NCBI GenBank assembly: GCA_951406725.2
Contig: OX597832.1
Span: 1,860,001 to 1,924,000 of the forward strand
Direction of reading: 5' to 3'
DNA length: 64,000 bases
Origin: Octopus vulgaris
Lineage: Eukaryota
The notes under the pieces were generated by a model. That model was not told the origin of the DNA. It worked only from the letters and a program-made list of their open reading frames with translations, and searched no databases. The number at the start of each line of letters is the position of its first letter. The first letter of the stretch is position 1. The position numbers were made by a program, and so were the translations under genes. Of this stretch, positions 23,537 through 37,093 are shown piece by piece.

Positions 23537-25704
23537 CTAGTCTTCGCTCATCCAAAAAAACTAAGCCTCACCCGATCAAAATGATCGACTGGAAGGAAGT
23601 CTTATCTAACCCCGATATGTCCAAACAATTTACTATTGAGGTCTATAACAAATTTCAATCTCTGTCTACTTCTGAAATGGATGCTGAGAACATTGAGGAA
23701 GTATACAGCAGCCTCATCAAATCAACAGAGGAAGTTGCACTGGCTACTCTTCCCAAAAGGAAGAGTAGGGGCCAGAGCAAACCTTCTAATTCCCCAAATG
23801 TCATCGAAGCCAGAAACCATCTAAAGTCTATATCACTAGCTTACCACCGTTCTCCATCCCAGACACTGAAGATCCAACTCATAGCTGCCAGGAAGAATCT
23901 TGATGAGGCTTACTTGAACGCCGAGGTCGAATTTATCAATGGCAAAATTAGTAAACTATCGAAAGAGCACATTAGTAAAAAACACCATCTCGCCTGGAAA
24001 TCCATCAAAGACCTATCAGGCAAAAATTCTGGGTCATAAATTAGAATTAAAGGGGGATCAGCTAAGAAGCGTTTAGAAAATTGGTCAACCCATTTCAAAA
24101 ACCTCCTTGGGAAGAATGCCAAAATCCCTGATAACCCCACTCTCCCAAGTGTGCCTATATCAGACACGCTGGACATCAACACCTCCCCTTTTACCATATT
24201 TGAACTAACAGCAGCCACCAAGCAACTAAAAGCCTCGAAAGCATTTGGTCCCGACAACATTCCGGCTGTGATTTGGAAGGATGATAGATTTCACACACTT
24301 TTGCTTAACCTCTGCAACCACACACTTTCCACCTTTGTCGCTCCAAAGATTTGGCACCAGTCTCAAATCATTCCAATACCCAAAAAAGGCGATTTGTCCC
24401 TCGTCACCAACTACAGGGGCATATCTCTAATGTCAATTGCTGCAAAACTGTACAACAAACTGATCCTAAATCGTCTTGTCCTTTTTGTTGAACCTTTGCT
24501 CCGAAAGAACCAAAATGGATTCAGACATGGGCGCTCAACGCTGAGCCAGATACTATGCCTGCGCAGACTTATTGAAGAATCAAAAGCATTTAATCGCGAT
24601 CTTGCAATGGTATTTGTAGACTTTTCTAAAGCGTTCGATTCTGTAGATAGGTGCAAGATGTTTGAAATCCTTAAGCTCTATGGGATACCAGACAAAATTA
24701 TTTCTGCCATCAAAGTCCTCTACACAGATACGTCTTCAACCATCTTAACCCCTGATGGAGAAACATCATCTTTCTCGATCGAGGCCGGAATACTGCAGGG
24801 AGACACACTCGCCCCATTTCTTTTCATCATTGTTGTTGATTATGTGCTACGTATGTCAGTTGATACCATCTCTGGCAAGGGCTTTGAAATAAAACCAAGA
24901 AGAAGTTCCAGACACCCAGCTGAGTACTTGACAGACACTGACTTTGCTGACGACATCGCTCTTATCAGTGATTCTCTCTCCAATGCCCAGTCTCTTTTAC
25001 AATCTCTTGAACAAGCCTCAAATTGTGTAGGTCTTTACCTTAATGAGACCAAAACTGAATACATAAACAAGTGCCTGTCCAACAGTGATTGCATCATCCA
25101 CACTCTCAACAGTGCACCTTTAAATATGGTTTCTGATTATAAATATCTTGGGTCATACATATCATCATCTGGAAAAGACTTTCTAACTAGAAAGGGTATG
25201 GCCTGGTCAGCCTGTAATGACATGCATAAGATATGGTCATCAAATCTAAGTAGAGACTTCAAACTTGAAATATTCAAAGCCACAGTCGAACCAATCCTAC
25301 TATATGGCTCAGAAACCTGGACGTTATCAAAGAAGCTTGAGAGGCGGTTGGATGGAACCTACACTCGCCTCCTTATGGGAGCTCAAAATCTCTCGTGGAG
25401 GCGCCATCCAACTAAAATGCAAATATATGGGAAATTACCACCTGTGTCATCTCTTGTGAAGGGTAGGAGAGTCCAGTTTGCTGGACATTGTTGTAGAGCT
25501 GAAAAAGAAGTAATTTCTACTCTTCTCCTCTGGAAGCCATCTACTCGCAACACCAGAGGGCGCACACTCTCCTACCCTGATGTAATCTCCAGGGATACAG
25601 GCATCCAGCAACAGGACCTCCGTAATGCTATGATGGACCGTGAAGTCTGGCGCAACATGGTAAATTCCATTGTCTCGACCACGGTCGAACAATGATGATG
25701 ATGA
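23537..25704 (+). mobile_element. Young 5'-truncated RTE-group LINE with (TGA)n tail
   Basis: One frame from about 23540 to 25695 with a single stop at 24037-24039; NYRGISL, QNGFR, VDFSKAFD, GILQGDTLAP, FADD, YKYLGS, LLYGSETW. Confidence 0.95.
24151..25695 (+). CDS. Reverse transcriptase ORF (514 aa) of that LINE; no endonuclease domain left
   Basis: ORF track plus the RT motifs listed above. Confidence 0.85.
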   Translation: MPISDTLDINTSPFTIFELTAATKQLKASKAFGPDNIPAVIWKDDRFHTLLLNLCNHTLSTFVAPKIWHQSQIIPIPKKGDLSLVTNYRGISLMSIAAKLYNKLILNRLVLFVEPLLRKNQNGFRHGRSTLSQILCLRRLIEESKAFNRDLAMVFVDFSKAFDSVDRCKMFEILKLYGIPDKIISAIKVLYTDTSSTILTPDGETSSFSIEAGILQGDTLAPFLFIIVVDYVLRMSVDTISGKGFEIKPRRSSRHPAEYLTDTDFADDIALISDSLSNAQSLLQSLEQASNCVGLYLNETKTEYINKCLSNSDCIIHTLNSAPLNMVSDYKYLGSYISSSGKDFLTRKGMAWSACNDMHKIWSSNLSRDFKLEIFKATVEPILLYGSETWTLSKKLERRLDGTYTRLLMGAQNLSWRRHPTKMQIYGKLPPVSSLVKGRRVQFAGHCCRAEKEVISTLLLWKPSTRNTRGRTLSYPDVISRDTGIQQQDLRNAMMDREVWRNMVNSIVSTTVEQ

Positions 25705-25729
25705 GTATTGCCTCCATAAAAAGTGGTGA

Positions 25730-26341
25730 CTTTTCAATATGCGCAAGGGTTTCCTGCTAGTGTCATGAAGGAACATAGACACCAACTTGCAATCCGTCTA
25801 ACCAACATTTTGAGAAATTCTTTAGACTCAGACTATATACCGAAACATTTCTTATTCCAATCTATCATCCTGATCTACAAAATGGCAAATAGGTCTCTTG
25901 CAGATAATTCTTACCCAATCTGGCTCACCTCATCTTATCAAAGTGTTTGAAAGAGTGATGAAATCAAGGATAACTGGGTTCTTGGAGAGTCACAACCTTC
26001 TAAATGTCAACTAGCATGGCTTTCGCAGTTTTTACCTCACATTGATAATGTTCTTAAAACTTTGGAATCAGGTTTGAACTCCGATGTCATATACTTTGAT
26101 TTCAGCAAAGCCTTCGACAGAGTTGGCCACAACATCCTCTTGTTAAAATTGGCCCATATTGCAATTTATGGTAAACTCTGCATTGGATTAAGTAGTCCCT
26201 AGTGAACAGAACACAAGTTGCGATCGGTGGAATCCACTCAAGCCCAGCACAAGTCACCAGTGATATTCCTCAAGGGACTGTTCTGAGAGCGTTTCTCTTT
26301 ATAGTCTATATAAACGACATCTCAAGTGTCATTAAGTACAG

Positions 26342-26346
<5 letters not shown>
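25730..26346 (+). pseudogene. Decayed CR1/L2-like RT fragment; resumes at about 27641 (IFADD)
   Basis: [43 protein letters not shown]. Confidence 0.82.
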
Positions 26347-26392
<46 letters not shown>

Positions 26393-26480
26393 TGTGTGTG
26401 TGTATGCATGTATGTATGTATGTATGTATGTATCTATCTATCTATCTATATATGTATGTATATACGTACGTATGTATACA

Positions 26481-26543
<63 letters not shown>
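26345..26543. repeat. (TA)/(TATG) microsatellite
   Basis: Read directly. Confidence 0.95.
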
Positions 26544-26545
<2 letters not shown>

Positions 26546-26773
26546 CTTAGAATAACTTAGAAAGGTTTTGGCCAGTATTGGCCCAGGCCATGTCTAACTT
26601 AATAGCACCACCTGGCGAAGTCTTTCAATTCTATATATATATAGAAGCACAATTAAGCAAAATCCTATGAAAGTACTGGTTAATTACCTATACAAAGAGT
26701 ATTGGACATTCTATTTAATATTCCATTGCAAGATAACTATATAAACTGTGGTTTATATATATTTTATTTATTA

Positions 26774-27643
<870 letters not shown>

Positions 27644-27899
27644 TTTGCAGATGACTTCACGCTTCAGAAAAAATTACAAACATCCACGAGTATTTTCCTG
27701 TCATGACGTTTAAACCTGATTTGAATCCAAAAGCGGAATCTATTTTTTACCATCACATCTAGATTTCAAGACACCCACTGCCACCATCACCACCTCCAAT
27801 CACTAATGGGTGATATGCGTGGACTTTAAGATGGTCAATTTTCTCCCGGTGTAACAAAGTGGATACTCCAAATATCAATACTTCTATATATGTAGGACA

Positions 27900-28537
27900 G
27901 AAGAGCCTGAGGACAACAATGGGTGACCAAAGAATGGCCACAGAAAAAATTAGTTCCAGGGTCTTCTGATGTGGTTGAAGAGCCTTTAGTTCAACCAGGA
28001 AATCATGAAGTAGGTGGTTAAAGCTCTTGATAAAGAAGGTGCGTGCTTTCACTGTCTGCAGCACATTTCCCGGTTTGAACAGTGAAAATATAAAAGCTGG
28101 AGTATTTGTTGGGCCTCGAATTACAAATTTGATGAAAGATGAGAACTTCGTAAATTCAATGCAATGAATTCAATGGAACTTAGCTCGTCATCTTCCTGAG
28201 TTTCAACTCTCAAGGAAATCAACCAAACGCAAATTCATGGAAAGTAGGCAATGATGTAATTTGTTCGTAGAATTTTGAGATTTTCACTAGTTTTTCAACA
28301 CAATTTTAAGAAAGTATTCTGATTTTGAAGAAAAACCTATTTCTGTGTGTTTGTATATTATGCTTTGTTCCTCATAAGCTGTTGAATGAAGAACAATGGA
28401 ATTATCTGGGTACAATGTCTTAAAATCTTGACGCGGTGGAAATAAATGCATGTCACTTTTGGATTCTGTATGTCAAAAACCCCTAGTTCAGGTCCAAATT
28501 TTTTGAGAATAGAGAAAATATATTTTGTACGCCTGTG
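27900..28537 (+). mobile_element. Decayed DNA transposon right end, Chapaev3-like
   Basis: VKALDKEGACF..FPGLNSENIKAGVFVGPRITNLMKDENF; ends ttttgtacgcctgtg|TTA (GTG end, TWA target); family name from memory. Confidence 0.5.
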
Positions 28538-29714
28538 TTATCAATGGAGAAGAAGACCGAACTGATCTCCTGTGCGTATGATTTAATCAAAAGATGTAAT
28601 CAAGAAACCTTATCATTTTCTATATTATTCTGTGTGCTGTGGAAATATTCTCCTTACTGATTCAATAATACACAAAAAAGTTTAAGGACAAACTTTGTCA
28701 GTCAAAATGATTATGTTGCAAAACTTCTGCAACAGAACAGACGGAGTTGACGGAGTTGTGCATCAACACATTTACCAATCAATGGATAGTTATTCCTGCG
28801 TATAAGTTATTTTGAAGTCCTAAAGGAACAGAACAGTTTTCAAGTGTTTGAGACAACGTGTATTCGATTGGGAATTCTATAATTTCCTTGAATTCAGTTG
28901 ACCAAGCTCTAACTTCATTAATAAACAATTAAAATTATTAATATGGAATTGATTAATTGAAATTATATACAATCGTTTGTTTGATGACTCTAAGGTATTC
29001 AAGACTGTTGATAAGAATTTGCAAGAAAATTGGAATGAAAGAAGTGGTTAATCGTGGTCATTTTGTCGTCCTATTTTCTATGCTGGTATTAGTTGCACAG
29101 GTCTGCAGTATTGCATCATATTTTCTTTGACTCCTATCATGTCGGATTCTTGGTTTAGTTTTCGTATGTCTTGAATACATTCCATTGTCAATAAACAATA
29201 CTCTTTTATATCCCGCAGGTGTAATTTATCAACTGAGTACACCATTGCGACTGTCTTCTTGCAGCCATCAGCTTATTCATTTATATCCCAACTGTTCTCT
29301 AACTATGCTCTTTAAATGCAATGGAGGAAACAGTACAGATTTCTCTTCATCTATTGTACATGTGTCCCTACAATCCACAATCACACTTTGTACATATGTT
29401 TCATAAAGTTTGCCTAACACGGAGATAAACACATTGTTGAAAATTGAGATTCAAATGCTTTCCGTTCCATTCCTACTCACTCCGCTGCCCTCACTACAAC
29501 TATTACCGGCCATAAGTATGTCACTTAGTTAATAAAAGCTATCCACAACATATAACCAATAAGATGAATACTTTGGTCTCTGATTGCACTGGAATTCTAG
29601 TGTTAATGACTCTGACCAATTCTTAAGTAAAACTGCTTCCAGATAATACAGGATTGCAGACAAAAATTTCAACAGTTATAAAAAATGTTTTTCAATATAA
29701 ATTGAATGAGATTC

Positions 29715-29934
29715 AATAATCTTTTCTACTATAGACACAATGCCTGAAATTTTGAAGGAGGGGGAATAGTCGTTTACATCGACCCCAGGACTCAACTACT
29801 ACTTATTTTATTGACCCCAAAAAGATGAAAGGCAAAATCGTTCACGGCGGAAGTTAACTCAGTGGGTCAAGATGGACGAAATGCCGCTAAGTATTTTGAA
29901 TGGCGTGCCAACAATTCTGCCAGCTCGCCGCCTT
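29715..29934 (-). mobile_element. tRNA-derived SINE, family B
   Basis: Minus-strand head aaggcggcgagctggcagaa; homologous to 36677 and 52215. Confidence 0.88.
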
Positions 29935-30194
29935 TGAATGAGACATGCTTCCTAATGCGTGTTTCCTAAACTCACACAAGGATACGAAAACCAATTATAT
30001 TGTTGAAGTGAATTTTATATTCTGATCACACCGCAAAAAGCCAATCCTCTTAGGTTCTTGAAAGGGAAGGATTTTCGAAGCAGCAAACATTTTATGCTGA
30101 ATAAACTGACTTTTCTTTCTTACTTTTTCTCCCTCCTACTTTTATCCCATCCACCCCTCCTACTTCAATCCCATCCACCCCTTCTCCACTTCAG

Positions 30195-32526
30195 GCTGTT
30201 GTTACCATTCCTCCAGATCTTCCTCTCTCTCTGGGGCAGAGCGCTCCCTCCTCAGTAGGAGTCTGCGTCTCATCCCCCTCAATCCATCCAGCAACGAATT
30301 TCGGACTCGTGCCGATATCCACAGCTTTGTGCACCGTGTTAGGTTGTGTACGCTTTTCCGCGACACTCCACCTGCTTCTAATGAGGACTGCTTCACCGAC
30401 ATGGGCCGCCAACCATCCCAGTGGACTCCAGCTCCTGGCCAGTTCCAAGCAGTCGATATTTTTGCGAGCGCCTGCCAACGCGCTGTGGACCGGTTTAACA
30501 TTTCCAGGCGTCCGATCATCTAAACATCTCCTCAGCCGAGCTCTCGGCCCTTCGATGTCTCCGACGCCGCAGTGACATCATCATAAAACCGGCCGACAAG
30601 GGTGGAACCGTGGTGGTGTGGCGCGCTGATCTCTACAAGGCCAACTCCAAGACACCTCCTTCTACTGCTCTCTGACCCCACGCCCAGCTACCAACAGACT
30701 GTGTCCTCCACTATCCGTGACCTCATCTCCTCCCGTCTCCCCCACCGCATCCAACCTCATTGTCCGCACCCCTCGCACCCCCATCATTTACTACCACCCC
30801 AAAATCCACAAGCCTAACAACCCTGGTCACCCCATCGTCTCCGCCTGCAACTGCCCCACCGAACTCATCTCCAGATATCTTGACCGTGTCCTTCCCCCTA
30901 GTAGCTTCTCTCCCCTCTCAAATCCATGACACCAGCCACGCGCTTCGTTTGTTCAACTATTTCTCCTTCCTTCCTGGCTCCTCTAAACTTCTCTTCACCC
31001 TCGACATCCAGAACCTTTACACGGTGATCCCTCACCACGAGGGGCTGCGTGCACTCCAACATTTCTTTGACCTTCGACCCAACCTCCAACCTGACACATC
31101 CACACCCGTTCGTCTGGCCGATCTTGTCCTCTCACTCAACTGCTTCTCGTTCGCGGATGATTTCTACCAGCAGATCTCTCAGGAGTGGCCATAGGAACGA
31201 GAATGGGCCCCAACTATGCGAACCTGTTCGTTGGCTACGTTGAGGCCCTCCTTCAAACGAGCCCACAACCTACGAGACCTCTTGGTCCATAGCTTCTTCC
31301 GTAACCCAACCTTCCAACCCGGCTCGTTCCCCTGCTCCTGCCCACACTGCCGCACTTGCCCTTACCTCTCCAACACCACCGTCCTCACAGCACCCATCAT
31401 CGGCCCTCTCACATCACCGACTCCCTCACCTGCACGTCTACCAATATCATCTACTGCATCTCCTGCTCTCTCTGCCCTTCTCTATATATCGGGCAAACGG
31501 GACACCACTTGGTTGACCGGTTCGCGGAACCGAGACATCCAACTCGGCAATGACACCCTGGTCTCGCGCCATTTCCGTTCTACCGGTCACTCTTTGCAAC
31601 ACCTGTCCGTGTTCGGATTGTCCTTGCACAGGGGCCATCTGGACTCCCGTTTGAGCCGTGAACAGGGATTAATCTTCTCTCTTCGCTCATTTGCGTCAGA
31701 TGGGCTCAACTCTCCTCCCCTCTTCATCTAACCTCCTCTACTCGCCTCTCTCCTCTCACACCTACTTTCTCACACCCACCTCTCCTCTCTTGTTCCGACT
31801 CATACTTCTTCTCTTCAATCCTACTCTCCTCTCTTCTCTTCACTCCTACCCGCCTTCTCTTTCCCCACTTCATCGTCACCCCCCTCGTAATCTCACCCCG
31901 CCCCTACACATTCCACCCCAACCTTCCCTATCCTTCCCCATCCCACTCCACCCCATCCCTTACACCCAGTCCCACAAACCCCACCCTCAGCCTAACCCAC
32001 ACCCCACCCTTGCTTTCCCCACTCTCGCCTCCCCACCTCCCAACACCATCACACCACGCCACACACCACTACACCTTACACCACCATACCACATAACACA
32101 TCACATGACAACACAACACATCACATCACAACACACCACCACGCACACATCAGCACTGGCAACTTTCCAGACCCACTTTTCATACATATACATACACACG
32201 CGCACACGTCAAGATTACCACCCCTCTTCCACACGCACATACAAACTCTTTTATACATACCCACGCGCACTTTCGTTTTGGGATCACCACTACATAATTA
32301 TCTCCCCTTCTCCCTAGCTCTCCTGTGTGACTCTTCTATCCGGTATTCGCCATGATAGATCGCTAGCCACTACACATTCTTTATTTTCTCTCCTTGTTAC
32401 TTTCTGTGTTCTGTGAAAGAGCGTAGGCTCGAAACGTTAAAGACTTTTTCACTTCTCGAGAGTTATACTAATACATCTGTTTGTTGTCTACACCACCTGT
32501 CTTCGTCTTGTTTTTTGAGAATTCTC

Positions 32527-32530
<4 letters not shown>
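30195..32530 (+). mobile_element. Penelope-like element family P1 with decayed RT, GIY-YIG and pseudo-LTR; large internal deletion near 31243
   Basis: IIIKPADKGG, PKIHKPNNPG.PIVS, LDIQNLYTVIP, GVAIGTRMGPNYANLF joined directly to FKRAHNLRDLLV; NIIYC..LYIGQT; hammerhead remnant at 32408-32442. Confidence 0.93.
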
Positions 32531-32586
<56 letters not shown>

Positions 32587-32604
32587 TACTGCATATCAAT
32601 TATT

Positions 32605-32822
32605 GGTGGGGAGACAAACACAGACGCACAAATATATACATAACGCGGAGTAGATGAAACAGGGACAACTGATGGAGGGGAATATTCTTTATATTGCATG
32701 TCTCGTTTCTCATTGTGTTTAACGTTTTTTTTATGTCCTGTACCCATATATGCATGTATATATACATATATATGTAGGTATGTACATATATGTATGTATA
32801 TATGCATATATTTACATATTTT

Positions 32823-32880
<58 letters not shown>

Positions 32881-33078
32881 ATATATATATATATGTACGT
32901 ATGTATGTATGTATATACTACTTCTTTCAGTTTCCATCTACCAAATCCACTCACAAGGCCTTGGTCGGCCTGAGGCTATAGCAGAAGACACTTGTCCAAG
33001 GTGCCACGTAGTGGGATTGACCCCTGAACCATGTGTTGGAGGGGGCCAAGGTTCTTACCACACAGCCACGCCTACATC
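32605..33078 (-). mobile_element. tRNA-derived SINE, family A, interrupted by an insert and microsatellite (about 32640-32910)
   Basis: Head at 33078-32920 and a short piece at 32605-32640 match family A. Confidence 0.8.
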
Positions 33079-35149
33079 TAGAAAAGATTATTTACGTACA
33101 ATCTATGCGACGATGCTCTTTTCTCTCTTTTCTTACTCATTGAGACGAAATTTAAGATTCTTAACTCATTGAGAAAACTGGACTCATTAAAGTATTCATC
33201 CACGATCTCTTCTAATTGTAACTGGTACTGGCCTTTGCTAGTTTCTTTGAAAGCTGAATTTTACCGTATCATTTAGAATGACTTTTGTTTTCGATACCTG
33301 CTTTAAATGCAAAGTTTACAAAACAAAATAGTGTAATAACTTAACGGTTACACCTGAAAGATATTCTCCTTGTGAAATACAACTTCATGCGTTTTTTATA
33401 AAGTCAGCAATTTCTAAGAAAAATATTGATCTTTGTAAGATTAAAGCAAATATTGTAGAAAACTGAAGTGATAAATCACAGAAGCATTCTTGTTATATTT
33501 TAATATCATTATTTACATACATATTGATTTTTCTAGAGACGTGCTTGTTATAATATATTACTAAGCATTGGTTCTGGTCACATGATAGTTTGCTTGTCTA
33601 GATACCAGTGAGAAATAGCAATAAATATTATAAATTCTATGTTTAGAGAAAAAAATGCAAGGAAATATGTACAGAAATATGTCATGACATCAGGTGAACT
33701 TGTTCCTAATTGCCAAATTGTGAGAAATATCATAAAATAATGATTTTAACTAAAAATTTATAAAGAAAAACATCTACCATTATATTCTCTATCAGTCATA
33801 TTTGTCATACATTATTTTCTTTATTCTTTATTTTAATGTTTGCTTTCGTTTTGTGTGTGTGCGTGCGTGTGTGTGCGCGCGTATGTGTGTTTGAAACTCA
33901 GACTAAAATAGATATTTACCAATTTGCTAATGAACACAAGATATTTCGGAAATTTCTCCATTTCCATTTCCTACGCACTTCAAAAAGATAATATTTGTAA
34001 GACGTAATTGCTTTAGAGACCTATCTTACACTCACTCTGATTTAATTTCTTTAATATTTTTCTGACAAAAGTTTCTAAGGTAGGTGCCAAATTATCTTTT
34101 TTTCTGCCACAAAAATATATTGTGTATATATCGATTAACTTGTGTCAGTACCCAAAGTAATATCGGCAATAAAAATAATAAAGCTGAAGAGGTCTAATAA
34201 AACAGAAACATATTTTTCCTTTCACCAATTGGCTTTAAAGACCAGATCCCCTCCAGCCTGCCTTGTTTATATTGCCTAGAATTGTAATCAACTGATCATA
34301 TTAGAGTTAGCTTTCTTTATTATTTTTAGATATTTGAACATTTCTTGAATGGGGCTTTAGTCAACAAATTACTTTGATAATTTTATTTAGTCGAAGCTTT
34401 TCAACTCACTGTAAAACATGTGTAATTTCCCAACATACGTGTATTTTGTTTACAGAACGCCACTTTGAAATATTTTCATTTAGCCATAATGTAATATAAT
34501 AATGTAATATAATGTAATGTAGTCAATGTCAATACGTACACACTACATTTCCTCGGTTTCTATACATAACCTTAGTTTTGTTATCTGAGTAAAATATGCT
34601 TTGTTAAGGACTTCCAGTATCACCAACACTTCTTTATATAGTTCAAAAATTTTGATCAACGAATCACATTCGACTAATTTCCATTGATTGCTATTTTTAA
34701 ATTTTTCAACACATCTACTCGTCAAATTTTTCGAATAATCTGTTAAAGATTTTGAATTCACTATGTAATGTATGAGGCTCTAATGTATTCCTGAAGTAAT
34801 GAACTTTCTTGATAAATACCACCAGTGGGACTTATTTTCATATGTAATTATACACATATGTGTGTCTTTTTTACCGTTTTAAAGTGTACTGCATCGTCAA
34901 CCTGAAAAACAATCTAAGCTGTAAACTTTAAAATTCGAGAACAGCTATAATCGAATAGTGTGACAACGAATTCCCTCTCCTCCCCAGTGTCTTTCATGGT
35001 TATTTTTTGTATTGCACGTCCCTTCAAAGTCCCTTTCATCAGCAGGTTCAGTCTTTTGTTTTTCCTATGTGCCTTGTTTATTTTCTTTGACTTGAGACCA
35101 AGTTGTGTAGTGATAGTATGAAAGAAGTGATAGGCAATGCAGCAGGAAT

Positions 35150-35460
35150 GGGATCGAGATTTCGTTAGGCGAAAAGTGAAGGAAGTATGGTCCACTATAT
35201 CGGCTAGACTGCAAAGAAGTGGCGGCGGCGGTGGCTGGTTGTGGATAGTATCCTTGCAGGAAGTACCAGATCATTTGATACGACTTAGCATCAAGACAAA
35301 GTCTCGGTTCCTGGAGTTGAAGGAATTGTGAGTATAAATGAATGAGTTGAGTTTCGGGGAAATCAAGATAGGAGTAGGTTTCGGTAGGTTTGTAAAAGAC
35401 AGGATGAAGAAATAAAGGTTGTAAGCAAAAACGAAGGCAGTACAATGTGCAGAGGGGAAT
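35150..35460 (-). pseudogene. Very old PLE remnant
   Basis: FYKPTETYSYLDF..YSQFLQL parallels SHSYLNF..YSQFLRL of family P1. Confidence 0.45.
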
Positions 35461-36363
35461 TCTAAAGCAGGATAGATGCTATCACAAACACTGGGGTTGA
35501 GCAGGTGTACAGTCATCGCTGCAACAACTGTAAGCACCAAGGTGGGTCCCGTGAAAATGGTCCTCAAAATAATTCATAAATCAACTGTTGTAGTTGGATC
35601 CCATTCTCTTATAACGTGTAGTATTAAAATTTTCATAAAAGTGTTTAAGGTGGAAAGGTATTTAAATTTAATCTGTTTCAGGATTGACAATAAGGTTTTT
35701 TAATTATTATTGAGCCAAAGGAAAAATTAGTGAGCCAAGTTCAGTCCTGATAAAATAGATTTATGATCAAAGGTGGTCCAAACGTGGCCTTCCCACTTTT
35801 CTCTATTAGAAACTATATTGTTCAGATGGTTGGATGAGATTTGAGAAAGATTTGGAAATTGTTTCTAGCAGAAAGTAATCAAACAAAGTAGAGGGTATTG
35901 ACTGTATACTTATAGAACTTATTTTCGTGTCACTGTTTCAATCGCTGTATTTTTAAAAAATTTTCTTTTTTCATTCACAACAAATAAAAATGCCAATGAC
36001 TATATTTGAGTCAATTTAATAGCCTCTGCTGTCCATCAGACCTGTACCAAAGTTAAAAAATCGTTTTGAACGATGAAGAGTAAAGAGCCAAACATTGAGT
36101 CTACAAAACTTTGCAGATATGTTTCGTTATATACTATAGTTGCAAATTTTCTTCCTTTGCTGTGTTTGTTAATTAACAACTAGTGAAATATATGAATGTT
36201 GCAGTTTCTTTGCTGACATATAAAAGTATGAACTTATGTTTTTGAAATCAATACGTTGCCACTTTAAAGCAGGCGTTAGAAAAAGATTTATTCTTCAAAC
36301 GAGTCAAAACCACGATTCAATTTTATTTGTAGCTTGTCAATTTTCATTATGTTTATTTATTTT

Positions 36364-36582
36364 AAGGCGACGAGCTGTCAGAATCATTAGCACGCTGAAC
36401 AAAATGCTTTGCGGCATTTCGTCCGTCTATACGATCTGTGTTCAAATTCTGCCATGGTTGACTTTGCATTTCATTCTTTCAGGAGTTGATAAAGTAAATA
36501 CCTGTCGAGCACTGGGGTCGATGCTACTGACTTTCCCCGTCCCCACAATTTCAGGTCTTGTGTCGATAGCAGGAAGGATTAT
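36364..36582 (+). mobile_element. SINE family B (diverged monomer)
   Basis: Head aaggcgacgagctgtcagaa, B-box-like gttcaaattc. Confidence 0.85.
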
Positions 36583-36676
36583 ATATAGTAATTTTGCTTC
36601 AAGTATTGTGCAACATCAATTCTCATTTTCATATAAATTTGTGGCATTGGTCCCTGAAGGTAATTTATTTATCATT

Positions 36677-37093
36677 AAGGCGGCGAGCTGGCAGAATCGT
36701 TAGCACACCGGGCGAAATGCGTAGCCGTATTTCGTCTGCCGCTACGTTCTGAAGTTCAAATTCCGCCGAGGTCGACTTTGCCTTTTATCCTTTCGGGGTC
36801 GATTAAATAAGTACCATTTACGCACTGGGGTCGATGTAATCGACTTAATCCGTTTGTCTGTCCTTGTTTGTCCTCTCTGTGTTTAGCCCCTTATGGGTAG
36901 TAAAGAAATAGGTATTTCGTCTGCCGCTACGTTGTGAGTTCAAATTCCACCAAGGTCGACTTTGCCTTTCATCCTTTCGGGGTCGATTAAATAAGTACCA
37001 GTTACACACTGGGTCGATATAATCGACTTAATCCGTTTGTCTTTCCTTGGTTGTCCTCTCTGTGTTTAGCCCCTTGTGGGTAGTAAAGAAATA
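36677..37093 (+). mobile_element. SINE family B, one head plus two tandem 184-185-bp units
   Basis: Units start at 36726 and 36911. Confidence 0.92.

Noticed and set aside
32640-32750. Insert in SINE A with gaaac..ctgatgga as a permuted hammerhead
   Set aside because: The three stems could not be built
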